IMG/VR virus record: IMGVR_UViG_3300044591_001745
Location: 21,201 to 85,200 of that record
From: a virus
Length of the DNA stretch: 64,000 bases
Direction: 5' to 3' (one strand)
The notes under the pieces are model-generated. The model was not told where the DNA came from. It was given only the letters and a program-made list of their open reading frames with translations, and ran no database searches. Position numbers and translations under genes: made by a program. Positions 28,942-39,188 of the stretch are shown here, in pieces (positions within the stretch are counted from its first letter, which is position 1; each line of letters begins with the position of its first letter).

Positions 28942-30210
28942 TCAAACTGTACTGCCAGGACCGCCTCCGGCAGTACCGGTTCCGCCAGTGCTGAATGTCG
29001 GAGTCGTACCTTCAAGACCACTTGCTGTTCTACCGCAGGTGTTAAAGCCTCTGCCACTATAAGGAGCAGCTGTAACAGTAATCTTAGCACCTTGATCAAC
29101 ATAGAAGTTATTATATCCGGTGAAGCTGTAGGTTACGGTAACGTTACCACCACCAGTATCTCCACCACTATAGTTAACACTTGTTAATCTGTTGTTCTTT
29201 CCTAGATAGAAATTCATACCTTTGGCACCATTGGAATCGCTAGCCGATGGTCCGCACAATCTAAGATAAATTTCTCTGGCTTGAAGATTTCTAGTATTGG
29301 CAGCACATGCACTAGCACTACCGAAATTACTTGCACTAACATCAAAGTCAGTAGCAATTACTTCAAATTCACTAGTAACTTCTAATGGAACATTAACGAA
29401 TCGAGTATAAGGATTTCTGCTACCTAGTTCAAATAGTGGTTCACGACCAAGATCGCAACTAACAGTTAGACTTGTGATATGGGGAACAACATTCTTTGCG
29501 CCATCATGTGGCATGATTATGCCGCCATCCCAAGATGTTAAGCCTGATGGTAGTACCGAATCACCAAGGTTAATGTTCCATCTACGAGCAATACCTGTGG
29601 CCCTTAAGTTATTGAAACCTTCTGTTTGAGCATCACTTGGATGTACTTGTTCACTAGCAGTACTAGCTGTTAGATTCGGAGAATCGGTAACACCAGCGCC
29701 AGTATACCATACTTTGTTATTTCCTACTAGTGTTGCTTCTTCTGTAAAATTACCGTCGGTAGCAAATGTATATGTAATAGATGACAAATACATACCTGTC
29801 ATCTTTACAGCATACTTGAGTGTACCTGTAGCATTTTGATTGTCGATATCACTACCAACTAACAAGCGAACGTTGCATCTACGGGAAGCAAGCTCAAGAA
29901 TATTTTTGCCGGTTGTGGAGTAGGAACTACCGCCGCAAGCCAACTTATATATTGGATCTGTATAATCAATAACTTTATTTAATGTTACTTCAATTTCGGG
30001 ATTATCATCGAGCACGTCATATTGATCAAATTCACCGAGTTGGAAGACGTTTTCAAGGTTGAAGTTGGTGGAAATGCCTACGCTCTGAACGCCAAACACG
30101 CCTTTCCAAGTACCAACAGCTTCAGGATTAGCAGCATCGATACCAGGACCATTAACGCCTTGCATTTGAACAGCTTGTACGGCATAATAAATTCTATTTG
30201 CACTTGCCAT
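28942..30210 (-). CDS. Major tail (tube) protein
   Basis: 422 aa, Gly/Ser/Thr-rich beta protein with an internal duplication (GVQSVGISTNFNLENVFQLG / ITSLTVSCDLGREPLFELG); GAGGTGAG SD; position after the neck genes. Confidence 0.7.
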   Translation of the reverse strand: MASANRIYYAVQAVQMQGVNGPGIDAANPEAVGTWKGVFGVQSVGISTNFNLENVFQLGEFDQYDVLDDNPEIEVTLNKVIDYTDPIYKLACGGSSYSTTGKNILELASRRCNVRLLVGSDIDNQNATGTLKYAVKMTGMYLSSITYTFATDGNFTEEATLVGNNKVWYTGAGVTDSPNLTASTASEQVHPSDAQTEGFNNLRATGIARRWNINLGDSVLPSGLTSWDGGIIMPHDGAKNVVPHITSLTVSCDLGREPLFELGSRNPYTRFVNVPLEVTSEFEVIATDFDVSASNFGSASACAANTRNLQAREIYLRLCGPSASDSNGAKGMNFYLGKNNRLTSVNYSGGDTGGGNVTVTYSFTGYNNFYVDQGAKITVTAAPYSGRGFNTCGRTASGLEGTTPTFSTGGTGTAGGGPGSTV

Positions 30211-30278
30211 TTCTCACCTCATAAAAAATGTTATTGAGTTTGTATTGTTATTTGAAGTAGTCTGTTAGAGAACTAGAT

Positions 30279-30290
30279 AATTGTACACCA
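30279..30290 (-). promoter_or_regulatory. Putative late promoter motif (GGTGTACAATTA) upstream of the tail tube gene
   Basis: Copy of the recurring intergenic RGTGTAY motif. Confidence 0.55.
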
Positions 30291-30301
30291 GATGATTAAG
30301 T

Positions 30302-31252
30302 TTACAAAATAATTTTGACGCCCAATCTTATTGTACTATAATACACCTTATTATTCAAAGATTCCATATCCATTACAGTAATATTATCAATATGGCCTAT
30401 TCTCCATAAATATTCGCTAGAGTCATCGACCAATTGGTTATAATTTTGACCATATATATTTTTAGAGCCATTGGGATTCAACGGATAAACTTTATTAGCT
30501 ACAACTTTATTAATATCATACAGTCTTATTTCTTTGTCTTTTTGCAGTCTAATTATGTCTATAATGTTATTTTTATCAACATAATTTTCTGTAAAAACAT
30601 GCAAAAGTACATCTTGATCAGCCCAGTACTTTTTAGTGCCTAGCTCATATGGCTTAAAGTTGGATTCTGCGACTGGTTCTATAACTACACACGGCATCTG
30701 GATCCTATGGTTAGACGGAATAGCAGCATCAACATCTCCTCGCTTGTAGGTCAATTGCTGTAACTCTTTCCAATCATTTAGATTATCATTAGCTTTGTAT
30801 GTTTGTATAGTGCGAAAACAATAATTCATCTCTACTGAAGCATTGGCTGGTAAACCACTAGGGAACGTTACCCTACCCAATTCATAATTGAAAGAATAAG
30901 GGTATTGAGGATTTCCAGTAGGACCAGGAACAAATGTATTGTTCACGTATACGCCACTGATAGCTATTGGAGCCGATCCATTAAAATTAATCCCGGATTC
31001 ATACACCCATTGTTTTTTAAAGGTTTCCCAAACTCTGTTCTTTTGCAAAGATGGGTCTTGTCTAAGGGCTAATTTATGAAATGCTGCTGTACTGTTAATA
31101 TTGCTGGATGGTCGAGAAATATTGACAAATCCACCAATATTAATAAACCCCCAATCTAAAAAGCTTTTTAAATTATGCTCTAGTTGAGTATATAAATAAT
31201 AGTTGCCAATACTTTCAACATTTTGAAAATTTGGATTAAAATCACAACTCAT
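30302..31252 (-). CDS. Putative tail completion/terminator protein
   Basis: 316 aa; P.VVIE....FKPYELG......DVLLHVFTEN..DKNNIIDII C-terminal part is terminator-like; directly upstream of the tail tube gene. Confidence 0.55.
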   Translation of the reverse strand: MSCDFNPNFQNVESIGNYYLYTQLEHNLKSFLDWGFINIGGFVNISRPSSNINSTAAFHKLALRQDPSLQKNRVWETFKKQWVYESGINFNGSAPIAISGVYVNNTFVPGPTGNPQYPYSFNYELGRVTFPSGLPANASVEMNYCFRTIQTYKANDNLNDWKELQQLTYKRGDVDAAIPSNHRIQMPCVVIEPVAESNFKPYELGTKKYWADQDVLLHVFTENYVDKNNIIDIIRLQKDKEIRLYDINKVVANKVYPLNPNGSKNIYGQNYNQLVDDSSEYLWRIGHIDNITVMDMESLNNKVYYSTIRLGVKIIL

Positions 31253-31914
31253 ACAATAGCTCTTTCTATTTGCTGAATAATAATAGAGTTAATTTCATCA
31301 GATAATGAGTCTATGGCTCTAGTTACCCAGTTATTAGTTATGGTGCCGGCAAATTCTGGAGGAACTCTCCAATTAGAAGATGAATCACTTCTCATAATAG
31401 CATACCCCGTTCTAGAGTATGGATTTGGCCCTAATACTACCTTATAATCCTTAACCAAAACTTTACCTCCGTCTTTCAATAGCCATTGCAACCAAGGTAA
31501 TGAATATCCTCTATCGGTATCTATCATAGAGGCCTCAGCCAAAGACAAAACATCTTGTAGGTTGGATGCAATCATTCCTAAAGAAAAGCCTCCAGATAAT
31601 CCAGCATTATTTATTTTGATAGGCTTCATGTCAATATTAATATTATTGCTCCATGTATCTACTATTTTATCGGCTTGATTTTGACTATCATATAAGCCAA
31701 ATTCAAATTTTAATTGACCATTTAATAAAGATTGGTACTCAGGAGTATTTTTAATGGTCTTATTTATTAGCTCTTGTATATTTTTAGTTATATTGGGTAA
31801 TGCTTTACGGAATGTTTGTTCAACATCTTCTTGCAGAGCTTCTAAAATCAATTTTCTGATAGTAGAGTCAGATTCTATTAATCTAACTGAGTATTTCACT
31901 ACTTTTGGCTCCAT
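31249..31914 (-). CDS. Putative neck/tail completion protein (HK97 gp10-like position)
   Basis: 221 aa; LPWLQWLL..G...and terminal GT..NNWVTRAID motif; overlaps both neighbours. Confidence 0.5.
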   Translation of the reverse strand: MEPKVVKYSVRLIESDSTIRKLILEALQEDVEQTFRKALPNITKNIQELINKTIKNTPEYQSLLNGQLKFEFGLYDSQNQADKIVDTWSNNINIDMKPIKINNAGLSGGFSLGMIASNLQDVLSLAEASMIDTDRGYSLPWLQWLLKDGGKVLVKDYKVVLGPNPYSRTGYAIMRSDSSSNWRVPPEFAGTITNNWVTRAIDSLSDEINSIIIQQIERAIV

Positions 31915-32402
31915 ATGGCAAATAAATAATTAGTATCTCCAAATCCCATAGGTTGTGGTGCTCCAGATAATGTATACGGAGTTGTATCATCAGAACCAAA
32001 TGTTATATAATCTGCACTAATTAATTTATTTAGCAATTCTGTCTTGCATAGTGTCTGAACAGTACCTCCATCAGCAACTCTTACAGTCTTAGAACCCCAA
32101 TCATACCACGTACTAGTATTGGCTATTACTCCTAAGTATACTGTCTCTATAACATTAGAGTCAATATATCCTTTACCTAAACATACAGGACACAATGAGT
32201 TTTCTTCAAATGGTTGTGGACCAACACCATTGTATATGTTCGATGATCTGTTAGTAATAGGATCCATTTCGCAGTTACCACAATAGATAGGCTTAGTGGA
32301 TCCATATTTAAGTTTGCATGGAATAGTTAGTGCATCTTTTAGCAATAGGGAGTCTATAGCTTGATTAAATAGTTCTTTCATCTGCGGAGTAATAAATTGC
32401 AT
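31899..32402 (-). CDS. Putative head-closure/neck protein with CxxC...CPVC motif
   Basis: ORF track 31899..32414; GAGG precedes ATG 32402 (MQFITP); CGNC and CPVCLGKG motifs. Confidence 0.55.
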   Translation of the reverse strand: MQFITPQMKELFNQAIDSLLLKDALTIPCKLKYGSTKPIYCGNCEMDPITNRSSNIYNGVGPQPFEENSLCPVCLGKGYIDSNVIETVYLGVIANTSTWYDWGSKTVRVADGGTVQTLCKTELLNKLISADYITFGSDDTTPYTLSGAPQPMGFGDTNYLFAIWSQK

Positions 32403-32427
32403 ATAAAACCTCATAAGAAGATTGCTT

Positions 32428-32439
32428 AATTATACACCG
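32428..32439 (-). promoter_or_regulatory. Putative late promoter motif (GGTGTATAATT)
   Basis: RGTGTAY motif in the short intergenic gap upstream of the neck gene. Confidence 0.55.
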
Positions 32440-32449
32440 TACCAAATAA

Positions 32450-33394
32450 TTAGCAATAATATGAATTTTCGGCTATTTTGTTGTATCTTTTCCAAAATCC
32501 ATTATATGATTTATGTTTCCAGTTAATAAGTAAATCATTAAAATTAGTTTTACAATATATACCACTGACTAGTATATTAGTGTCTAAATAGCATCTATTA
32601 TTATAACAGCATATTAAATTATAGTGTTTTTGTTGTTCTGTATTCAAAATACTTATAGTATCGGTATTGGTTCCATTCACTATATGTTTTGCAGACAATC
32701 CTACTATGTATCCGAACACTCTTTCTAAGGAGTGCTCATACGTTGGTCCGAATCTATCAGAAGCTTTTCCAGATATTAATAAAGCATATAAATTATCTAT
32801 AATCTTATCATTAAAATATTGCTGAAACAATTCTGTACGGGACCAAAAGATACTACCAGCAATGAATGTTAGATCTGTTCTCTGTGATTGATATTGATCT
32901 AGTCCTAGAGTGTCTTGTAGAATTTCTTGAATTAGTAATTGATTAAAACCCTCTTTATCTCTATTTAGCATTAATCCAGTATTTCCTATCATTCCAATAT
33001 TTTTATTTGAATCTATCATTTCTAGATTAGATAAAAAAATATCTTTATTACCTATTAATGAATGTACTAATAAAATTCTCCAATCAATATTTTTATGCTC
33101 TCCCCATAAGGATTGTTTAGAGTGCAATTTAATAAAATATGGATATTCAGAACTGTCAATATTTTTAAGTTGTAATAAGAATGGTCCGATATCTGAACCC
33201 TTATTAGGAAGTATAGTCAGGTCATAGAAAAAATTTTTTTCTAATTTGAATCTGACAGATTCTTCTTTTTTAGTGATGTGATCGCATATTGCAACGCACA
33301 ATTTTATGTAGGAACTGATGGGCTTTAAAAGAGAAATATATTCATCTAATAATGAATCATCATACAAATACAACAATACTAATACTTTTGTCAT
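32450..33394 (-). CDS. Rhamnan synthesis protein F (RgpF)-like glycosyltransferase
   Basis: Motifs N.G.DIGPFL, KLHSK.S, WR..L...L, FIAGSIFW.R and H.LER.FG, characteristic of the RgpF family. Confidence 0.75.
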   Translation of the reverse strand: MTKVLVLLYLYDDSLLDEYISLLKPISSYIKLCVAICDHITKKEESVRFKLEKNFFYDLTILPNKGSDIGPFLLQLKNIDSSEYPYFIKLHSKQSLWGEHKNIDWRILLVHSLIGNKDIFLSNLEMIDSNKNIGMIGNTGLMLNRDKEGFNQLLIQEILQDTLGLDQYQSQRTDLTFIAGSIFWSRTELFQQYFNDKIIDNLYALLISGKASDRFGPTYEHSLERVFGYIVGLSAKHIVNGTNTDTISILNTEQQKHYNLICCYNNRCYLDTNILVSGIYCKTNFNDLLINWKHKSYNGFWKRYNKIAENSYYC

Positions 33395-33936
33395 ATCTTA
33401 TTAATAAATACTGTTCCTGTCCATATAATGTTTTTTGAATTTATCCCATTTACAGCAAAAACTATAGTCCCAGTATTGCTATCTGTATTGATCGCAACAA
33501 CAAGACTATTCATTCCGCTATCAGAAAAAATAAGTCCAGAATTAATCCAAGAAGACATAACTCCAGAGGAATTTCTTTTAACTGCTCCTTGTATATTAAA
33601 AGCTGCGGCCAAGTCATCAGTAACATTATAAGCAGAAACTGCCGCATAAAAAGATGATATAGATTTTTGAGGAATATACAGCGCAGTATTAGAGTCTGTA
33701 TTTAAAAAATATGTATTGCTATCAGTTGTTGCTCCGCTCAACTTAACGATCTCATTCGGCTTGCTAGGAGGTGCTGCCCTTCCTCTAGGTCCACGAGCGC
33801 CAGGAGGTCCGGGAGGACCATCTTTACCAGCAGGACCAGGAAAGCCGCTTGTAATTTCTATTATATTAGACTCAATAAAATTATCTATGACAGATAACCT
33901 ATCTCCATCATTAATGGCAATAATTTCTGCCATCAT
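33391..33936 (-). CDS. Collagen-like fibre protein
   Basis: (Gly-X-Y)8 run GFPGPAGKDGPPGPPGARGPRGRA followed by a beta-rich C-terminal domain. Confidence 0.75.
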   Translation of the reverse strand: MMAEIIAINDGDRLSVIDNFIESNIIEITSGFPGPAGKDGPPGPPGARGPRGRAAPPSKPNEIVKLSGATTDSNTYFLNTDSNTALYIPQKSISSFYAAVSAYNVTDDLAAAFNIQGAVKRNSSGVMSSWINSGLIFSDSGMNSLVVAINTDSNTGTIVFAVNGINSKNIIWTGTVFINKI

Positions 33937-35363
33937 TGACCTCCTGATGTGTTGTATTTAATAAGTTTTGGATTATTAACAGTTCCAGTAATAGAGCTTT
34001 CGATATTGAAAGAAGTGGTATTCGTCACTGTACTAAAAACAGGTGTGCTAGATATTGTTCTTGTTGTTGCGACCGTACCTGTTCCATTATCATATTCAAT
34101 AATAATGATATCTCCATTATCTAAATTATATGTTGAATCACCACTTATGGTAACTGATGTTCCGGATAGAGTTATGTCTCTATGAATATCTCCACAGGCA
34201 TTAAAATTAATGGCACTATTCGATGATTCATTTTGGAAATATACTATTAGTTTTACTCCTCCTATCAGTCCAGAATCTTTTTCATTTTCATCAATAGAAT
34301 ATAGTTTCCAATCACCAAAAACATTCATTCCCTCAAATGTCTTAAGCCCACTACCATATACGGTAATATTTTTATTAGAATCTGATGAATTAAAAGCACC
34401 ATAGGGTAGAGGAAATAATAGAGATGCTGGATTTGTACATCCTGGTAAAGCAGATGCTAAATTTTTATTCGCAATAAGCGTATTATTATAATCCATAACA
34501 TTTGCAACTGTAGGTGCAGACCCATCAGGTCTAGTTATAGCATAGTCTGATAAAATAAAATTCAAATTTTTTGGTAAATTGTTATTAGAGAACTTATTTT
34601 TATCTAGCAATAAAACTCCACTACCATTATGTGCTAATAACATGCGAACATCAGTAGGGTTAGAATGAGTAAAACCATCAAAGAAAACGTCTATACGTTC
34701 TATTATTCTTGACTCTGTGACAGTAACTCCTATAGGAAATGGACTGCTCTTTCCGTAGGGATTTTCATTATTAATAGTTACTCTATCTTGTAAATAAACA
34801 ACTGTTGAATCTGTAGATGTATTAACTAAAGAATATATAACAGCATTTCCTCCTATAAATTCGCACGGAGAACCTACACAACTATCCAATATACTATAGC
34901 TTGAAAGGTTTAACTCTGACCCAAATACTGGTTGAGATGATTCCTCTGTTATTGTGCAGCTCGGTATGGTCTCGGACGGTATTAGTCTGCGTCTCAATGT
35001 GATGGTTCCTTGTAATAGTCTTTTAACAACCCTGGACCCTCCCGTATAAAATAAATCAGGAGAGGTTACTTCTAATTCATAACTAGCAGTATCCCACGTA
35101 TAAGCATTTGTGGTTTCTGCTGGTAGTCTAAGCTTTATCAGTCCTTGATTTGGAATTATACTAAAAGAATAATTGGGAGTAGTAGTATTGCCAGTAGTGC
35201 TAAATGTAATCAAATTGGTATTAGAGCCACTGAGAGGCTGAATTCTCATAACGACACAATAATTAGAAATATCAATAGGTACTTGAGACGAATTAAGATA
35301 TTTAAAATCTATAGCAAAAATTGTTCCTTGCTCTATAGCAAAATTATATTCTGTAGCTGCCAT
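33933..35363 (-). CDS. Virion protein: N-terminal fibre-adaptor beta-sandwich plus proprotein-convertase P-like domain
   Basis: N-terminus (YNFAIEQG...PIDISNY...YELEV..P....RLLQGTI) is paralogous to 47552..47950; GFTHSNPTDVRMLL and L..F.G....GDWKL...D....DSG.I....L match P-domain motifs. Confidence 0.6.
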   Translation of the reverse strand: MAATEYNFAIEQGTIFAIDFKYLNSSQVPIDISNYCVVMRIQPLSGSNTNLITFSTTGNTTTPNYSFSIIPNQGLIKLRLPAETTNAYTWDTASYELEVTSPDLFYTGGSRVVKRLLQGTITLRRRLIPSETIPSCTITEESSQPVFGSELNLSSYSILDSCVGSPCEFIGGNAVIYSLVNTSTDSTVVYLQDRVTINNENPYGKSSPFPIGVTVTESRIIERIDVFFDGFTHSNPTDVRMLLAHNGSGVLLLDKNKFSNNNLPKNLNFILSDYAITRPDGSAPTVANVMDYNNTLIANKNLASALPGCTNPASLLFPLPYGAFNSSDSNKNITVYGSGLKTFEGMNVFGDWKLYSIDENEKDSGLIGGVKLIVYFQNESSNSAINFNACGDIHRDITLSGTSVTISGDSTYNLDNGDIIIIEYDNGTGTVATTRTISSTPVFSTVTNTTSFNIESSITGTVNNPKLIKYNTSGGQ

Positions 35364-35378
35364 TTAAAATGCCTTATA

Positions 35379-35894
35379 TTATGAAAATAAATCTCTACCA
35401 CGATCTTCAACATATGGAATAGAGGATGGATTAAATCTGTTACCAACGAATGGACTGAGTATAGCTCTAACTGCGGTAGCCTCTTTAACGTCCCAATGAG
35501 ATGTTAATTCATCATAAGCTGCACATGGACCTTTCTCTAGAATTAGCCTTAATCCTTCTAAACTTCCACCAATACTCAAGCTGGCAGGACCAAGGGCCGC
35601 CCTTATGCCTTCCATAGCTGCTTTTGTTCTTAATGCGCTTTGATCTATTATACATGCTGCCTTAAGAGAAACCAAACTAATAAATATTTCGTCTCTATCT
35701 TCGGTTGGATCTGGACTCATAGATGTTGTAGTAACATCAACCTCATACTTATGATCTAAAACAACATCAAATTGTACATATTTTGCAGCTACCGATATGA
35801 CCTGTAGAAGCCTCTCATCGCTATAAGTGGGCTGCTCGGACATATCGTTGATCAGAGTTCGTACTATAATGGGAAGCTCTATCTGCCAACTCAT
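35379..35894 (-). CDS. Putative head-tail adaptor protein
   Basis: 171 aa; IVR.LI.D......YSD.RL N-terminus typical of gp6/gp15-like adaptors; AAAGG SD. Confidence 0.6.
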   Translation of the reverse strand: MSWQIELPIIVRTLINDMSEQPTYSDERLLQVISVAAKYVQFDVVLDHKYEVDVTTTSMSPDPTEDRDEIFISLVSLKAACIIDQSALRTKAAMEGIRAALGPASLSIGGSLEGLRLILEKGPCAAYDELTSHWDVKEATAVRAILSPFVGNRFNPSSIPYVEDRGRDLFS

Positions 35895-35935
35895 AAGTAA
35901 TATGGCCTTTCTTAAATAATTATATGTTTATACCT

Positions 35936-35947
35936 CTAGATACACCT
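35936..35947 (-). promoter_or_regulatory. Putative late promoter motif (AGGTGTATCTAG)
   Basis: Intergenic RGTGTAY motif upstream of the adaptor gene. Confidence 0.55.
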
Positions 35948-35980
35948 TAACTAACTATCCTCAAAATTTATCTAATTGAC

Positions 35981-38900
35981 CTAATAACTAACTTGACTAT
36001 AATCTATCACAGCTATCCAACGAATATTGGTACTAGCTAGTCCAGTAACGTTAATTTGCAAAGCTTCATTTGTATCATCTGCTGTAACAGTAGCTACTAA
36101 TCCATTCATAACTCCTCCATCTGTCCAGCTAGTGGTAGTACTTCCCAATAAGGCTGTGCCATTCGCCCCATTCCTTCTTATAGCTCCTCGTATATTCCAT
36201 CCCATACCTAAATTGCCAGTATCATTATATGCACTTAATTTAATATCAAATGTCCATGTAGTTTTTGCTGGAATAGTTATTCTATTAGAAGAACCAGCTG
36301 CGGCCCCATCTAATGTCAAAATAGTAGCTGTAGCATTAGACGTTTGCATTCTAGCAACCAATACTGAGTGTTGAGCATCGCCAGCTGTCGCAAAATATCC
36401 GGCTGCATGCGCAAATTCTCCATGCTTATCTGTTTTAGCCTGTTTTCCTCCTGCGATAAAAGAATTATTTCCAGATACATTATTTTCTTCACCAGCAGCT
36501 ACTCCATAGGAACCACTAACAATGTTTTTAAAGCCACCAAGAATAGAGCTATGCGTACTAGTAATTGTATTACTTTGTCCTCCAATAATTGATCCATAAT
36601 TGCCAGCAGCAACCTGAGTACCGGTGCTTCTGATAGCTTGCCAATCTATAGAGTATTGACCACGAGGATCTCCATCTTCAGTTCTTTGTACTGCTCCATA
36701 ATTACTTGGTTGTATTATTACAGGACCATTAGAATTAGTACTACTAAGACTATTGCCGTCTAATCTTAGATTGTCTACGTTTATTCTGCTGCTTGAACCA
36801 CCAAATACGGTAAACGCCCCATCTCCAGATAATGTTGCTATATTTGTAGCTCCAGCATACCATTTAAAGCTTTGACTTGATCCTGGAACTGTTTGCCATA
36901 CAGCATTAGTCTCTATACCAAAAGCATAGTCTCCACTAAAGGTACTGGTACTAGGTCTTAAAATTATTTTAACTCCGTCGCTACGACCACCAAAGTTTAG
37001 TGTAGGAGCACCTACTCCAGAAGCATTGAAAGAAAGGAAATTAGAATTAGGATTATTAAAATGTAAACTTCCAGTATTATTAAATGAAGACGTATTCGAC
37101 AATCCGGTTATTGATATATTTGATAAAGAGAGACTTTCTGGAATATCAGAAGACTGTATTGTAGATGAAACAAACCTTGTCCCATTCCCTCTCAAGTATT
37201 GTCCAGAAGTTGCGGTATTATTTACTCTAAACCCGAAATTATTGCTAACATTAATGTCTCCAACTACATGAAGAAGCTGGTCAGGAGCGGTTGTCCCTAT
37301 CCCAATATTTCCATTATTTAAAATACTTAATCTTTCTGTTCTATTATTAGTGCCGTCTCCATTATGCATTAAAAATGCGAACCTAGAAGATAAATTAGTC
37401 GTAGTCGATGCCGTGGATGTGATCGCATTACCAACACTTACCTCAGCAGAACCTGTCCAGAGCCCATTAAACATAATAATAGAGTTAGTATTACTTTGAG
37501 TTGCTGTGCTTGTTGCTGTGGCCGACTTCGGAAAGGTTAATGTGCCATTAACGTATGTACTCTGCCCATTTAGCCATACAAATTGAGTACCTAAATATGT
37601 ATTAGAATTTGTATATGTATTAGATCCAATGTCTATTCTATTTGTTGTGCTGGTATTGAACTGAATAAAAGTATTGCCACTAGGACCGATAACAATACCA
37701 TTAGTACTACTGTCTCCTACCATAATACCGCTACTGAATATCCCGCTCCCTATAACATGAAGCCTGCTAGTGGGTGTAGATATACCAACACCTAAATTGC
37801 CAGCATTGATATAAGAAGCTGAATTTATATCGCTAGTTAAAAAGATATCAGTATTATTACTTCCATCTATAAGAGAGAATGTGCCATTACCACCACTATC
37901 TAATGAAAACTTTGCTTTCTCTACAGAATTACTGTTGCTAAAATGAGCTATATCACAGCTCACTGTTCCTGTCGCTGCTACCTCTAGTCTGGTAGATGGA
38001 GATGCGGTACCTATTCCAAGATTTCCCGCTCCTGTCAGCCTCATTCTTTCAGTGTAAGAAGCTAAGAATATAAGATTGGCCTCACTGATATAGCCTATGC
38101 GCATATTAGCAGATGTTGCTGGAGATGCTGCTTGTTGTAATTCTATAAAAGCATTAAGGTTATTGTAAGAATTAAATTGTTTAGTAGCAAATAAACTAAA
38201 GTTTTCTAAGAATACTCCCCTATTTGTTGTATCGATGCCAAAAACATCTGTGCCATTCCTTCGTATAAAAAAATGATCCTCATAATTCCCAGTCGAGCCA
38301 ATCCTAAAATCAACAAATGTTCTCTGTCCTGGATGACCATTCTGAATTCTTAATATGTTGCCAGTAGAAGGAATATTTCCACTGATATGGACCAGCTGTT
38401 GAGGAGCGGTAGTCCCTATTCCTAAGTTACCAATACTATCTAATCTTAATCTTTCTGCTCCGTTAGTACTAACACAAACAGTATTAGCAGAAGGAGAAAA
38501 AAGCCCAGTATCGGAATCTCCAACAAATTCAAAAGATGGTAAAGACGCAGTGCCAGAGCCTGCTACAAATGACCCGGTTGCGCTAATGTCTCCATTAAAT
38601 ACAGAGTTACCAACGACATGAAGTTTGACGGATGGTACTCCTGTGCCTATACCTATGTTGCCTCCGCTGGTCATAATAAAATCGTTTTGATTAAATCTAC
38701 CTGCAACTATTCTATCATCACTAAATACTTCAAATACTGGTAACCCAGCATTATTATTAACACTCATCAGACTACCACTAAGATTATCTGTAACACTAAA
38801 AAGATTTCCATTAGTACCAACAACATTAATTAGTGTTGAACCACTAACAGAATTATATATATCTAATGGAATATTACTTAAACTATTTTGATTAATTCCT

Positions 38901-39187
38901 ATTTTAGTTGCTAATATATTAGTGAATGCTCCACTTGCACCTATTGTCAGAGTTTTAGATGGCAGTGCCCTAATTTCGCCATTTTGTTCGAATACTATAT
39001 CTACTTCGCTGACACCATTGCCGATATATACATCTCTGCTAGCATCTCCTATAATTAGATTGCCACTTGTTGTGGATAGTGCTAGATCATTAGTGTTAGT
39101 AAGCTCTATCTTTGCTAATGATGAAGCTCCAAGATCTTGATAAAAATCTATCTTGCCGCTTCCTGGAGTTATAATAATATCGCTCAT
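35981..39187 (-). CDS. Fibre/spike protein with repeated ERLRI...GNIGIGT..P...LHV modules
   Basis: ORF track 35981..39196; ATG 39187 (MSDIIITPGSG) follows AGGTGG; at least five GN(I/L)GIGT shoulder repeats, G..N beta-roll repeats and a C-terminal beta domain. Confidence 0.75.
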   Translation of the reverse strand: MSDIIITPGSGKIDFYQDLGASSLAKIELTNTNDLALSTTSGNLIIGDASRDVYIGNGVSEVDIVFEQNGEIRALPSKTLTIGASGAFTNILATKIGINQNSLSNIPLDIYNSVSGSTLINVVGTNGNLFSVTDNLSGSLMSVNNNAGLPVFEVFSDDRIVAGRFNQNDFIMTSGGNIGIGTGVPSVKLHVVGNSVFNGDISATGSFVAGSGTASLPSFEFVGDSDTGLFSPSANTVCVSTNGAERLRLDSIGNLGIGTTAPQQLVHISGNIPSTGNILRIQNGHPGQRTFVDFRIGSTGNYEDHFFIRRNGTDVFGIDTTNRGVFLENFSLFATKQFNSYNNLNAFIELQQAASPATSANMRIGYISEANLIFLASYTERMRLTGAGNLGIGTASPSTRLEVAATGTVSCDIAHFSNSNSVEKAKFSLDSGGNGTFSLIDGSNNTDIFLTSDINSASYINAGNLGVGISTPTSRLHVIGSGIFSSGIMVGDSSTNGIVIGPSGNTFIQFNTSTTNRIDIGSNTYTNSNTYLGTQFVWLNGQSTYVNGTLTFPKSATATSTATQSNTNSIIMFNGLWTGSAEVSVGNAITSTASTTTNLSSRFAFLMHNGDGTNNRTERLSILNNGNIGIGTTAPDQLLHVVGDINVSNNFGFRVNNTATSGQYLRGNGTRFVSSTIQSSDIPESLSLSNISITGLSNTSSFNNTGSLHFNNPNSNFLSFNASGVGAPTLNFGGRSDGVKIILRPSTSTFSGDYAFGIETNAVWQTVPGSSQSFKWYAGATNIATLSGDGAFTVFGGSSSRINVDNLRLDGNSLSSTNSNGPVIIQPSNYGAVQRTEDGDPRGQYSIDWQAIRSTGTQVAAGNYGSIIGGQSNTITSTHSSILGGFKNIVSGSYGVAAGEENNVSGNNSFIAGGKQAKTDKHGEFAHAAGYFATAGDAQHSVLVARMQTSNATATILTLDGAAAGSSNRITIPAKTTWTFDIKLSAYNDTGNLGMGWNIRGAIRRNGANGTALLGSTTTSWTDGGVMNGLVATVTADDTNEALQINVTGLASTNIRWIAVIDYSQVSY

Positions 39188-39188
39188 A

